DNA of 64,000 nt from Octopus vulgaris (lineage: Eukaryota): assembly GCA_951406725.2 (NCBI GenBank), contig OX597832.1, positions 45,694,001-45,758,000 on the forward strand, written 5' to 3'. The notes under the pieces were generated by a model that made no database searches, was not told where the DNA came from, and worked only from the letters and a program-made list of their open reading frames with translations. This document shows positions 28,601-41,364 of the stretch, piece by piece; the stretch's first letter is position 1; each line of letters opens with the position of its first letter. A program made the position numbers and the translations under genes.

Positions 28601-28747
28601 AAAAGTTATACTGCAGAAAATAATTTACTGCAGTGGCTTTTGCCGGTTAAGAAACGTATTAATTTAAATTCAAATTTAAAATGAGGTTGAGAAATTGGCT
28701 GTTAATTTATTTATATATAATATATATAAATAATATATGATATATAT

Positions 28748-28858
<111 letters not shown>

Positions 28859-28859
28859 G

Positions 28860-29062
28860 GGGCAGGCGTGACTGTGTGGTAAGAAGCTTGCTTCCCAATC
28901 ATATGGTTTCAGGTTCAGTCCCACTGTGTGATACCTTGGGCAAGTGTCTTTACTGCGTGTGCGTAAGTGTGTGTTTGTTCCTCCACCATCGCTTGATAAC
29001 CGATGTTGGTGTGTTTACATCCCCGTAACTTAGCGATTAGGCAAAAATGACCGATAAAATAG
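28860..29062 (+). mobile_element. SINE family A with internal deletion
   Basis: GCAGGCGTGACTGTGTGGTAAGAAGCTTGC...CCTTGGGCAAGTGTCTT joined to ATCGCTTGATAACCGATG...CGTAACTTAGCG. Confidence 0.82.
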
Positions 29063-29221
29063 ATGCTAGATGCGACTTTCTCTCACTCTTTCTTCTGTTG
29101 GCCTGCTCGCTTAACCAGCGGGGTGCCGTCATTTGAAGGCTAAAACAAAGCGAAGCGCATTGTTACCAGCGATGTGTAGCAACATCTCATAGCTTGGTCG
29201 GTCACGGTGATCATGGTGATA

Positions 29222-29346
29222 ATCCTTTCTACTATGGACACAAGGCGTCAGTGTACATCGTCCTCAGTGTTCAACTGGTACTTATTTTATCGACCCCTGT
29301 AGGATGAAAGGCAATGTCGACCTCGGCGGACTTGAAACGTAAAGAC
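29222..29346 (-). mobile_element. SINE family B fragment
   Basis: ACTGGTACTTATTTTATCGACCCC...GGATGAAAGGCAATGTCGACCTCGGCGGA. Confidence 0.8.
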
Positions 29347-30082
29347 TTTACGAATCGAAGTATATACGTTACTCATTTAGTCTATATGATTATTAAAAGT
29401 TTTACAAATAGACGGATGACATTGACCTCCAGCTTCCGGACTGCTAGTCTTTTGCCAGACAATATATTGGCCAGTTTATAACCCTATATAGAGGTGTGTT
29501 GCACTTTTCTTGTCCCAAATATTTGCCATCAATTACTAATGCCTTTTCATGTTTAAAACACCTTAGCCTTTTTGTTTCTCCTTGATTTATCTCTATTTTT
29601 TTTGTCTTTCTAATCATCGTCTGCTTACTATTTCGATTTCATCGTACAACGTGAATTCTTAGTATAAGCCTTATCATGTACAGTAAGTAACATATGTTCG
29701 ATAATCCGTTAGAACACCAAGTGGGATTCCTTTATGAAAAATTCATGCGATGCTCGTTTAAAAGTGTCTAATTTAAGGTTTTTGTATTCCGTTTTTTTTT
29801 TCTCTTCTATATTCAGGCATTTTTCGTCGACATTTCCGTGCTTATTTTGTTGTAACTGTTCATGTTTCTTTTTATTGTAATGTCCTAATATGAATGTATT
29901 AGAGGAAGAGAAACGAAAGGTAACAAAAGAAAGCAATACACATGGCAAAAAAAAGAAAAGAAAAAAGAGTCAGCAATAGAATTATATTAGTAAGAACACA
30001 ACCCTCACCACAATTACCCACAGCACCCATGTCCACGGCCATGGGTAGCAAAACAGTAACGAAAAACAACAACCAGAAGAAC

Positions 30083-30107
30083 GATGATGATGATGATGAT
30101 GATGATG

Positions 30108-30149
<42 letters not shown>

Positions 30150-30176
30150 TTGATAATAATAATAGTAGTAGTAGTA

Positions 30177-30237
<61 letters not shown>

Positions 30238-30441
30238 TAATAATAATAACAATGACGATGAGGAGGATGAGGGTGATGAGGTGGAGGAGGTGGAAGGAGA
30301 TAACGATGAGCTGGGGAGGAAGGAGATGATGATGATGATGACGAGTAGTAGTAGGAGGAGGAGGTGATAGAAGATGACGATGATGATACTGATGCTGATG
30401 TTTATAATAATAATAATAACAACAACAACAACAATAATAAT

Positions 30442-30500
<59 letters not shown>

Positions 30501-30522
30501 TACTAATAACAATAATAATAAT
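30083..30522. repeat. (GAT)n/(AAT)n/(AGT)n compound microsatellites
   Basis: Read directly. Confidence 0.93.
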
Positions 30523-30866
30523 GAAAGACGCCTACATCGAAAATTGTTGAAGTCACACAGAGAGGTACTATGTCGGAAAAAAAGTACAATAAAGTCGAAA
30601 GCAAGATAAACTAGTAAAGAAAGGAAAAGTAAAGTAAAGAAACAAACACCATCAAAGGCACTTTTGGAGTTTTAGTTCTAAGATATCTTTGATCTTTGCA
30701 AGAATTTGTCAATCAATGCAGGTTATTTTCCACGAAAAGAATAAATATATCTATCGACTTATCATATTAACAGACCGAATCAGACAAACACTTTACACAC
30801 GCATATACACGGGCTGAAGCTCACGCACAAAGATGTACCACATGCACATACATTTAAGAATATATG

Positions 30867-30909
<43 letters not shown>

Positions 30910-31683
30910 GCGTGTTTGTGAGTGTGTTTGTGTATGTATGTATATACACCTTGTCAATCGGGTTCGACTGAACAAATTTAATTAGTATATCACTAACATG
31001 AATGAATTCAGAATGCAATCAATATAAGATTGATAAGTAGGTTAAGAAAGGGAATGAAGAAACGGTGGGAAACAATAGCAACAACAGCAGTAACAGGCGC
31101 TCGGTGTCGAACTCGTCGCCATTATCTTCCCTCCTCCTCCTGCTCCTCCTCTTCCTACTACTTATCGACATTATGAGACACAATAACAATACTAATAACT
31201 ATAGTAATATTATTAAACCCATCAAACAGCCATACATACATACGTACATACGTACGTACGTACGTACATACGTACGTACGTACATACGTACGTGCGTACA
31301 TACATACATACCTGTATACATAGAAACATGATGGCTGCGAATTCGTGTTCGAATATTGCCATCACTTGATCGAAAGATCCGCGCATGCGAAATTTACGAC
31401 CAGCCATTTTTATGGTAAGTCTTAATGTTTTCTTCAAGTGATGCCTGTGCATGAATGATGATTTTTTCAAAGTGTGGAAGGACTTGCACAAATCCAATCC
31501 CACTGACTGAACATGGACAACATAACCTCGAAAGGAAGAACTAGTCTACATCATCGAATATTGTCAGTGTTACAGGTGTTGTCTCAGAGTTTCCCTCTGC
31601 TAGAGAGATGTGACAAAATACATACATACATACACGCATTATATATGTTCATACACTCATATACACATATATGCACACACATG

Positions 31684-31719
<36 letters not shown>

Positions 31720-31908
31720 CAAACAATATCGAACTCGCATGCTCAAGGTGTGAATGTTGTTAGTTTGTGGGTCGGATACATTCTAAGCGCAAGAGTATAC
31801 ATTCTCAATGCACCTGGTGTTAAAACCGCCTGAAACTAAGTCATAGGTAAGCGACACAACTTACGTGTAACCCTCTTTCGGAAGAGCTTTGGAGTGGAAT
31901 TAAACACT

Positions 31909-32410
<502 letters not shown>

Positions 32411-33144
32411 TCTATATACCTTGCCAACGTAGTTCGAAACATCGACCAGGCTTTCCGTCTGTGGCCCGTTCGACGGCGCACAAAACATCCACTCCACCTT
32501 TCGAGAGATAGCTGCCTGCTTTTCATTGCCTGCTCTTGGAAAAATAGCACAGCAAGGAAAGACACTACTTTTCGAGGGACTGTAGATGTGCCTCTGTCTC
32601 TGACTAGAGCGCTTCCGTCACTAATAAATTCATTCACTATATTTTGAATATTTTCGTTCTATAAAACGTGGGCGTGATTAATGCTTTGTAGTTACTGTCC
32701 TTACTGTCGTGACTACCAAAAAGAACAAAAAAAGCAGCTGAAATTGTTCATACTTATGATAGAAAAATATTTATCAGTCTTTTTTATTTTACAATGTGTG
32801 TCATGCCCTGAGACCTTGCGCTTGTTGATTATTGTCATGTCTGCTTTTGTCTTTTGTGCATAGTTATTTTATTTTATATTTGGGAGGAAGTTGGCTCCGT
32901 CACTTGTAGCTATTTGTACGTGTATCTAAAGGGATGAAAAATATTAAAAAAAATCACTAAAAATCTAAAACAAAGGCACAACAAATCTTGTTTTTTCGTC
33001 ACAACTCTTTATGGGCAAAATTCCAAAATCATCGATGAATAAAAACAGAAATCATTATTCCATCGAGTCGTTCCAATAAAATCTAGCGCTTGAAAAACAC
33101 ATCTGAATAGGTTAGCGAATAATAGCGACTATAATGAGAATAAT

Positions 33145-33281
33145 TTCAAATTGGGCACAAAGCCAGGAAAATTAGGGGAGGGGGTTAGTTGATTACATCG
33201 ACACCCCAGTACTCGACTGGTATTTAACTTCTCAACCACGAAAAGATGAGAGGCAAAGTCAAACTCAGTGGAATTTGAACC
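33145..33281 (-). mobile_element. Diverged SINE family B (variant tail) fragment
   Basis: TTTCAAATTGGGCACAAAGCCAG...GGCAAAGTCAAACTCAGTGGAATTTGAAC; same tail type as 39895 and the 4610 array. Confidence 0.75.
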
Positions 33282-33282
33282 A

Positions 33283-33300
33283 ATGATGATGATGATGATG

Positions 33301-33362
<62 letters not shown>

Positions 33363-33462
33363 TATTATTATTATTATAATGATGATGATGACGATGATAA
33401 TAATGATGATAATGATGATGATGATGATGATGATGATGATAATAATAATAATAACAATAATA

Positions 33463-33494
<32 letters not shown>

Positions 33495-33671
33495 GATGAT
33501 TATAATGATGATGATGATGATAATGATGACGAAGATGATAATAATAATGATGATGATGATGATGATGATGATGTTGATGATGATGATAATAATAATAATA
33601 ATAATAATAACAATAATAACATTAATAATAATAATAATGATAATAATAATGATGATGATGATGATGATGAA

Positions 33672-33726
<55 letters not shown>

Positions 33727-33729
33727 TAA
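33283..33729. repeat. (AAT)n/(GAT)n microsatellite
   Basis: Read directly. Confidence 0.96.
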
Positions 33730-34177
33730 TAAATATTCTGCTCAATACCACAGATTTGCTTGTCAGTTGTTTGACCTTAACCAGTTGAGCATGTCCCTTA
33801 GTGGCTGACGATATGTGCATCTCTGATCACGAGCAGAAGTAGTGGGGGAGCATCATAGCCATGTGTTGAGAGGGATTCTTTGGGGTTTGAATAATTCACC
33901 TCTGGAAACATGGGTGGTTCTTTCAACATCCTTAAACAACCCTTTTCAGGGACCTTTTGAGCGGGATGGGCTACTCAACCTGAAGAAAATTCTACCTGGG
34001 CCCCACCTGCAAGGTCATGTGCTGTTTATCTTGATATGAGATCACCACGTCGCGCACATATGGTTGTGATGCATGCGCCTGGTGTACCTTTATCAGACGG
34101 GTAGTCATGATGGGTATATTGGGCTTCGTATATTTTACCCCAGTGTCACTTTGATGGCATGCACTGCTCTCTCACTC
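33730..34177 (+). mobile_element. (AAT)n-tailed non-LTR element 3' region (about 450 bp), longest copy in the window
   Basis: Non-coding; shares its 3' end CTCTCTCACTC-(AAT)n with the 24142 and 24948 copies; embedded in (AAT)n; clade not determinable from this sequence. Confidence 0.85.
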
Positions 34178-34238
<61 letters not shown>

Positions 34239-34736
34239 GTAATAATAATAATAATAATAATAATTAATAATAATTATTATTATTTGGACCCATGAAGTAC
34301 AGAATAATCTGCCTAAAAAGAAGCAAGGTACAGTCCCTAGCAGGGATAGAATTACCGAATAGAGACTTGATTGAACAAATTGAAGAGGAAGGATACAAAT
34401 ACCTTGGAGTACTAGAGTTCAATGAGATAATGGAAAAGGAAATGAAAGAGCAACTGAGGGTGGAGTATTTCTGAAGACTGAGGTTGGTGTTGTACTCAAA
34501 ATTGACCGGATGGAATAAATTCCAAGCAATTATGTACGTGGTCAAAGCATCAATCTGGTATGGAGCTGGAATTATAAAATGGCAAAAGAGAGAAGTGAAG
34601 AAGATGAATCCCAAGACCAGAAGAATGTTGACGGTACTCGGAACCTTTCACACTATGACTGACACCGATTGGCTGTATTTGGGCAGAAGAAAGGATGGGA
34701 GAGGTTTCATCAGTTGCCAGAACTATATCGAAGCAG

Positions 34737-34972
34737 AGGGTGGGGAGCTGGCAGAAACGTTAATGCGACGGGCAAAATTCTTAGCGGTATTTCGTCTGCC
34801 GCTGCGTTCTGAGTTCAAATTCCGCCGAGGTCGACTTTGCCTTTCATCCTTTCGGGATCGATAAATTTAGTACCAGTAACACACTGGGGTCGCTGTAATC
34901 GACTTAATCTCTTTGCCTATCCTTGTTTGTCCCCCTCTATGTTTAGCCCCTTGAGGGCAATAAAGAAATAAG
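34737..34972 (+). mobile_element. SINE family B, full length
   Basis: GAGCTGGCAGAAACGTTAA...GAGTTCAAATTCCGCCGAGGTCGACTTTGCCTTTCATCC...AATAAAGAAATA. Confidence 0.92.
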
Positions 34973-34989
34973 ATACGGAAAGAAAATTT

Positions 34990-35226
34990 AAGGCGGTGAG
35001 CTGGCAGAAAAGTTAGCACGTCAGGCGAAATGCTTAATGGTATTTCATCTACCGTTATGTTCTGGGTTCAAATTCTGCCGAGGTCGACTTTGGTTTTCAA
35101 CCTTTCGGGGTCGATAAATTAAGTACCAGTTACGCACTGGAGTCGATGTAAGCGACTTAATCTGTTTGTCTGTCCTTCTTTGTCTCCTCTGTGTGTAGCC
35201 CCTTGTGGGCAGTAAAGAAATAGGTA
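34990..35226 (+). mobile_element. SINE family B, full length
   Basis: AAGGCGGTGAGCTGGCAGAA...GTAAAGAAATAGGTAT. Confidence 0.92.
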
Positions 35227-35362
35227 TAGCTTAGGTTGGTATGGAATAAATGCCATAAAGCCATTGTTGAAATACATGAAAAAGCCGGCGTCATCAAAAC
35301 TAAAGATTGTGTAACAAAAAAGTTTAAACAAAAAATGATCAAAAAAAGAAAGGAAAAAACAT

Positions 35363-35414
35363 GGCGCAGGAGTGACTGTGTGGTAAGTAGCTTGCTTACG
35401 AACCACATGGTTTC
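35363..35414 (+). mobile_element. SINE family A head fragment
   Basis: GGCGCAGGAGTGACTGTGTGGTAAGTAGCTTGCTTACGAACCACATGGTT. Confidence 0.8.
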
Positions 35415-35439
35415 ATGATGAGCCTATGTACAATAACGT

Positions 35440-35670
35440 ACGAAACTCCCTGTAGCTTAGCCTCGTATTTAATCTTGAGAATCTGACTGAGGCACCTGCA
35501 TATTCTGCCGCGAGTTATGAAACATACCAAACATATTCTTTTAATGGGTCTTTTGAGGTCATACCGAATGGACACTTGATTTTTGAGAAGCAGAGGTATG
35601 TTGTATCTCTTCTCGGCCGTTCTCCAATGAATTCTCAGGAAAGGAGATACACACTCTTGGGACAAATCGC
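35440..35670 (-). pseudogene. Possible old RTE-type LINE relic, host of the second Merlin-like MITE
   Basis: CRCLSQILKIKYE resembles the RTE motif RCLRxILxIxWxD; heavily decayed. Confidence 0.4.
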
Positions 35671-36114
35671 GGATCTTTTCGGTTTGAACGGCAGTTTTTA
35701 ACATACTTTCTAGGTAACTAAAACGCTTTTAAACTTCGTATACTGGTAGAATGTGTTTATAAAACATCTTTTTCTCTTGGCTTTATTCAGAAAATTCTAT
35801 AGTTTGTAAGATATTTGTTGTTTTTCTTCTTCAATTTCTGCAATTTCAACCAATCACTGACGTCTATTGAGGAAAAAAACATTCTGTGCCGTATGAATAT
35901 GTCCCTCGTTTAAGAAACAGATTGGGTTTACTTACATTTGTGAAGAAAAAAATATACCCTTCCCTCACCCCTAACCCTAACCCTAACTAAACCTAACTAA
36001 CCCTAACACTAAAACAGATTGAAATGCAATAGATCGATACTAGGGTCATAATTATGGGTGACAATTTCATATGGCACCGCTAGAAAAAAACTGCTGATCA
36101 AACCGAAAAGATCC
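35671..36114. mobile_element. MITE with GG termini and 8-bp TSD (Merlin-like) carrying CCCTAA repeats, copy 2
   Basis: Same TIR as 5526-5929; different TSD CAAATCGC at 35663-35670 and 36115-36122; has an internal segment of about 35 bp that copy 1 lacks. Confidence 0.88.
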
Positions 36115-36799
36115 CAAATCGCTACTACACATCCTTTTTTACTGAATTCTTTCGATGTCCAAACTCTGCTTGCGTCTTGCACTGTTAGCAAAATTTCTTC
36201 AGTTGCATATTAACGTTAGTTAAATTACTTTCACTTGGCAAAATATGTGTGAATGACTATTCTATATTTATCTCACATGTGTTTTTTTATTGTTCATCGT
36301 GTCATTAAGGTTGTTTACCCTTAACTTATTGTGTGTAGAAATTTCTGAAGTGTATGCAATGTGTAGATGAATAGTTTTTGAATTTCTATTTTTTTTTTTT
36401 TTTTATGTTTGCGTTGGGTGTGGTTGTGTTCATTTTCAGAGTTTCATTTGAGGGGGCGGGTGGGCGAGTGGGTGGGGGCACGTTGTCTCGTATCGAATGT
36501 AAAAAAAAAAAAAATAAACAACAACAAATTAATAACAAAAAATTTCATCGAAAAATTTCTTTCTCGCGAAATGGGGGTAAAAAAATAGAAAATACAAACA
36601 GTTCACCCCATTCTACAACAGGGTTACAAGACACGATATTAAAAAAAAAAACAAAAAAAACATCGAAATTTTAGAAAAAAACAAAACAAAAACAAATCAA
36701 CATGTTGTAAACCCAAACAAGAGAGAAATCACGTAAACATCTTGTGAGGGTGTGATGCTACACCAACTGCTGCTATTGCTTCTACAACCCACCACCTTT

Positions 36800-36867
36800 C
36801 AACTATTACTACTACTACTACTACTACTACTACTGCTTCTATTACTACTACAACTACTACTACCACC

Positions 36868-36908
<41 letters not shown>

Positions 36909-36909
36909 A

Positions 36910-36940
<31 letters not shown>

Positions 36941-36979
36941 TTACTACTACTACTACAACTACCACCACTACCACCACCA

Positions 36980-37010
<31 letters not shown>

Positions 37011-37026
37011 AACTACCACTACCACC

Positions 37027-37061
<35 letters not shown>

Positions 37062-37086
37062 CACTACTACAACTACCACCACCACC

Positions 37087-37139
<53 letters not shown>

Positions 37140-37166
37140 CCATACTAGTAGTAGTATGAGTAGTAG
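36800..37166. repeat. (CTA)n/(CCA)n microsatellite ending in a strand switch to (TAG)n
   Basis: Read directly; CATACTAGTAGTAGTATG near-palindrome at 37141-37158. Confidence 0.93.
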
Positions 37167-37187
37167 TGGGATCAATAAATGTTTGGA

Positions 37188-37385
37188 GCATTTTAGCGCA
37201 TTGCAACTACGAAAACAATATCAGTCAGCGACAAATGAAACATCATTATGAAAAACAACAACAAAACAACCTACTAGTAGTAGTAGTAGTAGTAGTAGTA
37301 GGCATTTTAGCGCATTGCAACTACGAAAACAATATCAGTCAGCGACAAATGAAACATCATTATGAAAAACAACAACAAAACAACC
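37188..37385 (+). repeat. Perfect 84-bp direct duplication separated by (TAG)n
   Basis: GCATTTTAGCGCATTGCAACTACG...ACAAAACAACC at 37188-37271 and 37302-37385. Confidence 0.93.
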
Positions 37386-37885
37386 CCAAAAAACAACAAC
37401 AAAGACTGTAATGATAAAACACCATCAAACACATGACATTGCTTTTTTTTTTATTTTTATTCGAAACTTGAAAATAAAAAACCGACAATGAAAAGTCGTG
37501 GCTCGTTTTGGCAATTTCTCTCGCTCAGCCTCCGAGCTGCTTCTTTCTGACGTAAACAATTCGAATATCGATGTCTAATGTAGGTTTTCATTTGAATACA
37601 CAGAGGACCAAGGTTTGCGTGATGAAAACTCGAATAGAAATATATCGAGTGTGGTATTTTATTGATGGAACCCCCACCCACCCCACCCTTCCATATCGTG
37701 TTGTTATTTTTCTTTAAGTTCAGTTCAACTCTGATCCAGCTGGCCTGTAAACAAAAGGCGTTCCAGCCGTGACTATAGTTTTTTTTAAGACATAGTTTAT
37801 CACGGACATAAGTTTATTCATTGTTACTTTATTTGAAAAAACAAAAAGTCAAATGTGATTTGAAGTAGGTTTGACTGCAGTTTCT

Positions 37886-38260
37886 TATTTCTTTATTGCC
37901 CACAAAGGGCTAAACATAGAGGGGACAAACAAGGACAGACAAAGGGATTAAGTCGATTACATCGACCCCGAAAGGATGAAAGGTAAAGTCGACCTCGGCG
38001 GAATTTGAACTCAGAACGTAACGGCAGACGAAATATCTATTTCTTTACTTTCTACAAGGGGCTAAACACTGAGGGAACAAACAAGGATAGACAAACGGAT
38101 TAAGTCGATTACATCGACCCCAGTGCGTAACTGCTACTTATTTAATCGACCCCGAAAGGATGAAAAGCAAAGTCGACCTCGGCGGAATTTGAACTGAGAA
38201 CGCAGCGGCGAACGAAATACTGCTAAGCATCTCGCCCGGCGTGCTAACGTTTCTGCCAGA
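37886..38260 (-). mobile_element. Dimeric SINE family B, inserted as one unit
   Basis: A near-full monomer whose tail joins a second monomer at AGATATTTCGTC (about 38036); 15-bp TSD TTGACT(G/T)CAGTTTCT at 37871-37885 and 38261-38275. Confidence 0.9.
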
Positions 38261-38756
38261 TTGACTTCAGTTTCTATTAGGTCGAGTGATTATTTAGACA
38301 CTCCATTTAGTTGTAATTTTGATATAAGGACACAGGAAATGTGTCAAAGCCGACAGGAAGCGTCGATGCTTCCTAGGGCTAAATAGCGGTGGTGTAATTC
38401 CCTTACGGGACTGTCACGTTATGTTGACAGTATACAACCACTTTTTGATAACATTGTTTTCCTTCTTTTAGTTTTAGTTGCAGTTTATTCAAGTTCAGAG
38501 CTGATAGATGTTTGATGAAAATACCATTCTCTGCATCACCGTTCTATCTTATTTTCAAATTTAAAAAATGCCGTATCATGAATCCCTTTATCCAAATGTG
38601 ATTTTCCTTTCGTAAGACGACTGTGTTATTTGTCAGTGATACGAATGCTATTTCTAACGCCTCGACAGACTAATAAAAGATCACAACATTGGTTCTAATT
38701 CAATAATTGCTTATACGAAGGGTGCTGAAACTGAACGAAGCTAGTCGTGTGTATAA

Positions 38757-38977
38757 TACGAAGAGATGCTAAACAGTTTCTGGTTTTGTGTGAAATAAAA
38801 TACAGGAAGATCAGTTAATTATGATTTTATTAAACATATTTCCGTCCCAGATTCACAAACCTATTACAGCGGTCCTTCTGTTTTCCTAAGCCCAGAAAAA
38901 GAACACTGAAGGATGGGCCTCAATTTAGGCCTTTTGCAATACTCTTAAATCTAGGAATTTTTCAGCACTCCTTCGTA
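38757..38977. mobile_element. Mariner-like MITE, with an extra TIR fragment at 38714-38730
   Basis: TACGAAGAGATGCTAAACAGTTTCT / AGGAATTTTTCAGCACTCCTTCGTA with TA termini; TACGAAGGGTGCTGAAA upstream. Confidence 0.75.
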
Positions 38978-39149
38978 TATATAAAGTCATTATGGCTCGC
39001 TGATATTTCCGAATAAAATAATTTCTTATACGTATAATTAAGCAATATCTTGTTCAACGATTTCGTAACCATTTTCTTACACAATGGAGTAATCGATATA
39101 TACAATGTATCATTAGAAAGAGCAGTAAGCACCAACATAGAACTGACAC

Positions 39150-39870
39150 GTGTAAGGGTAAATGAAAGTAGAGAACAGATACATTACGTAGCAAAGCAAG
39201 TAAAACGAACCTAGATGAAGTAGATAATCTTTTGAGAAAGTTTAACAAAAATGCATTCCGTATTTTGAGTAAATGCAGAAAAAAAAATCAAACATAAAGG
39301 CGAACACCTGAACGTTTAAAACAAAAAATATCCTCTTTAAATAATAGATTAAGAAGGTGCAAAGTTAGGTAGCAAAAACTGTTATCTCAGTTCTAAGCTT
39401 TTGGAAAATAGCGTTCAGAAATTCCATGATTCAAATCAGAGTTAAGCATAGAAATAGATAAGATATCCATTAAAAATAAAAACCCAAAAGACCGCAGAAA
39501 CGTTTCGAAAACTTATTTTTGCAAACGAACTTAAGTAATAAAAACAATAGCTGTTTAGAGGAAGAATACATAACGACAATAAAAACTGTAAAAGTTAAAA
39601 ATGCCATCAACCCCCAAAGCGTTATCATATCTGATTTGAGACGTGCTTTAAACAGTTTCGGGAGTTGGAAAAGTTCTCGCATTGAAAATATTCAAAACTT
39701 TTGGCAGTTGTCATTTTAAAGACTACACTAACAGACAATGTTCAGCACCATCGTCTTTCTAAACATCCACACTAAATAACTACATAGTTAATAACTATAA
39801 AACATTACAATGATACCGAAAAGTTCAACTGACAGCTTATTGAAGATCACACTGCCATCACTGATGATTT
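39150..39870 (+). pseudogene. Old R4/Dong-type ORF relic (pre-RT region)
   Basis: LKQKISSLNNRLRRCK and DLRRALNSFGSWKSSRIENIQNFWQLSF*RLH (cf. NWKSPGxDxIxNFWLKxFxxLH). Confidence 0.65.
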
Positions 39871-39894
39871 ATAACTAATTTTCAAAAATGTTAG

Positions 39895-40920
39895 TTTCAA
39901 ATTTCGGCACAAGGTCAGCAATTTCGAGGGAGGGGTAAGTCAATAGCACCGATACTAGTTTTCGACTGGTACTTATTTTATCGACCTCGAGTGGAATGAA
40001 AGGCAAAGTCGATCATGGCTGAATTTGAACCCAGAACGTAAAGATGGAGGAAATACCGCTAAGCATTTTTTCCGGTTTGTTAACGATTCTGCCAGCTCAC
40101 CAAAGCCAACCACGGCGAAATTTAAATACAGAACATAAAGACGGATGGAATGCTGCTAAGCACTTCGTCCGGTGTGCTAAACATTCTCTCAGTTCGTCAA
40201 AGTCGACCATAGTGGAATTTGAACGTAGAACGTAAAGACGGATAAAATGACGTTAAACGTTTTGTCCCATGTACTAACGATTCTGTCGGCTTCAAAGTTG
40301 GAATTTGAACCCAGAAGGTAAAGACGGATGAAATACCACCAAAGATTTTGTCCGATGTGCTAACTGTTATATCAGCTCACCAAAGTCGACCACAATAGAA
40401 TTTGAACCCAGAACCTAAACACGGATGGAATGCCGCTCAACATTTCATCCGGAGTACTAACGATTCCGTCGGCTCGTCAAAGTCGACCGCAGTGGAATTT
40501 GAACTCAGAACGTAAAGACAGATGAAATACCTATTTCTTTACTACCCACAAGGGGCTAAACACAGAGAGGACAAACAAGGACAGACAAACGGATTAAGTC
40601 GATTATACCGACCCCCAGTGCGTAACTGGTACTTATTTAATCGACCCCGAAAGAATGAATACAAAGTCGACCTCGGTGGAATTTGAACCCAGAACGTAAC
40701 CGCAGACGAAATACCACTAAGCATTTCGCCCGGTGTGCTACCGTTTCTGCCAGCTCGCCCCCTTGATAGATGAAATACCGCCAAAGGTTTCGTTCAGTGT
40801 GGTAACTGTTATATCACCTCATCAACGTCGACCACAGTAGAATTTGAACCCAGAGCGTAAAGACGGATGAAAAGCCGCTAAGCATTTTTTCCGGTGTGGT
40901 GACGATTTTGTCAGCTCGCC
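39895..40920 (-). repeat. SINE-B variant with seven tandem copies of its roughly 97-bp tRNA-like head
   Basis: Unit boundaries CAA(A/C)G at 40004, 40101, 40198, 40293, 40381, 40478 and 40823; most units contain GAATTTGAAC (B box on the - strand). Confidence 0.9.
40532..40764 (-). mobile_element. Full-length SINE family B inserted into one head unit of the array
   Basis: TSD GA(C/T)AGATGAAATACC at 40517-40531 and 40765-40779; removing 233 bp plus 15 bp restores the 97-bp period. Confidence 0.9.
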
Positions 40921-41364
40921 GGTTCACTTCAAAACGTTATCAGATATTATAACTAAACATTTACAAAGAGAAAAAAAGCAACAAAAACAACAAGCGACTT
41001 ATACACAATCCCACATGGTAATTGTTTACTTCGTTGTTAATAAAGAACTCGTCATGTGTTTTGATTGATTAGAAGAAGTTCGTTGATTCAATCGTACACG
41101 ACTTGCTATCATAATACTAGAATTCAATGAAACCGTAGCGAACTGTGTTAAGCTAACAAAGACAGAAAATTCTATAAGCATAACTCTAAGCTCCAGGCTC
41201 GCAAGAATATCTGCTTCGACATTACAAATGAACAATAATTCTAGCCTTTATTCTGCTATTCATTTGCTTTGCTTTGCTTTGCTTGTCAAAACAAAATTTC
41301 AATTTGGATATAACATATGGAAAAAGAGGACAAGATTCATCATCTATATCTCTATACAGGTGAG

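Larger units (their letters stand above)
34290..35345 (+). pseudogene. R4/Dong-type RT C-terminal relic, interrupted by two SINE-B copies
   Basis: GIELPNRDLIEQIEEEGYKYLGVLE...MKEQLRVEYF*RLRLVLYSKLTGWNKFQAI...YGAGIIKW...KTRRMLT...DTDWLYLGRRKDGRGFISC...EAE, resuming after the SINEs as SLGWY...KPLL. Confidence 0.88.

Noticed and set aside
32420-32637. Host exon in the complex sequence next to SINE-A
   Set aside because: No recognisable domain or convincing splice pair, and the ORF runs into the SINE
39895-40920. CRISPR-like repeat-spacer array (also considered for 4610-5372 and 22838-22943)
   Set aside because: Units are homologous along their whole length with no unique spacers, there are no cas genes, and the context is eukaryotic
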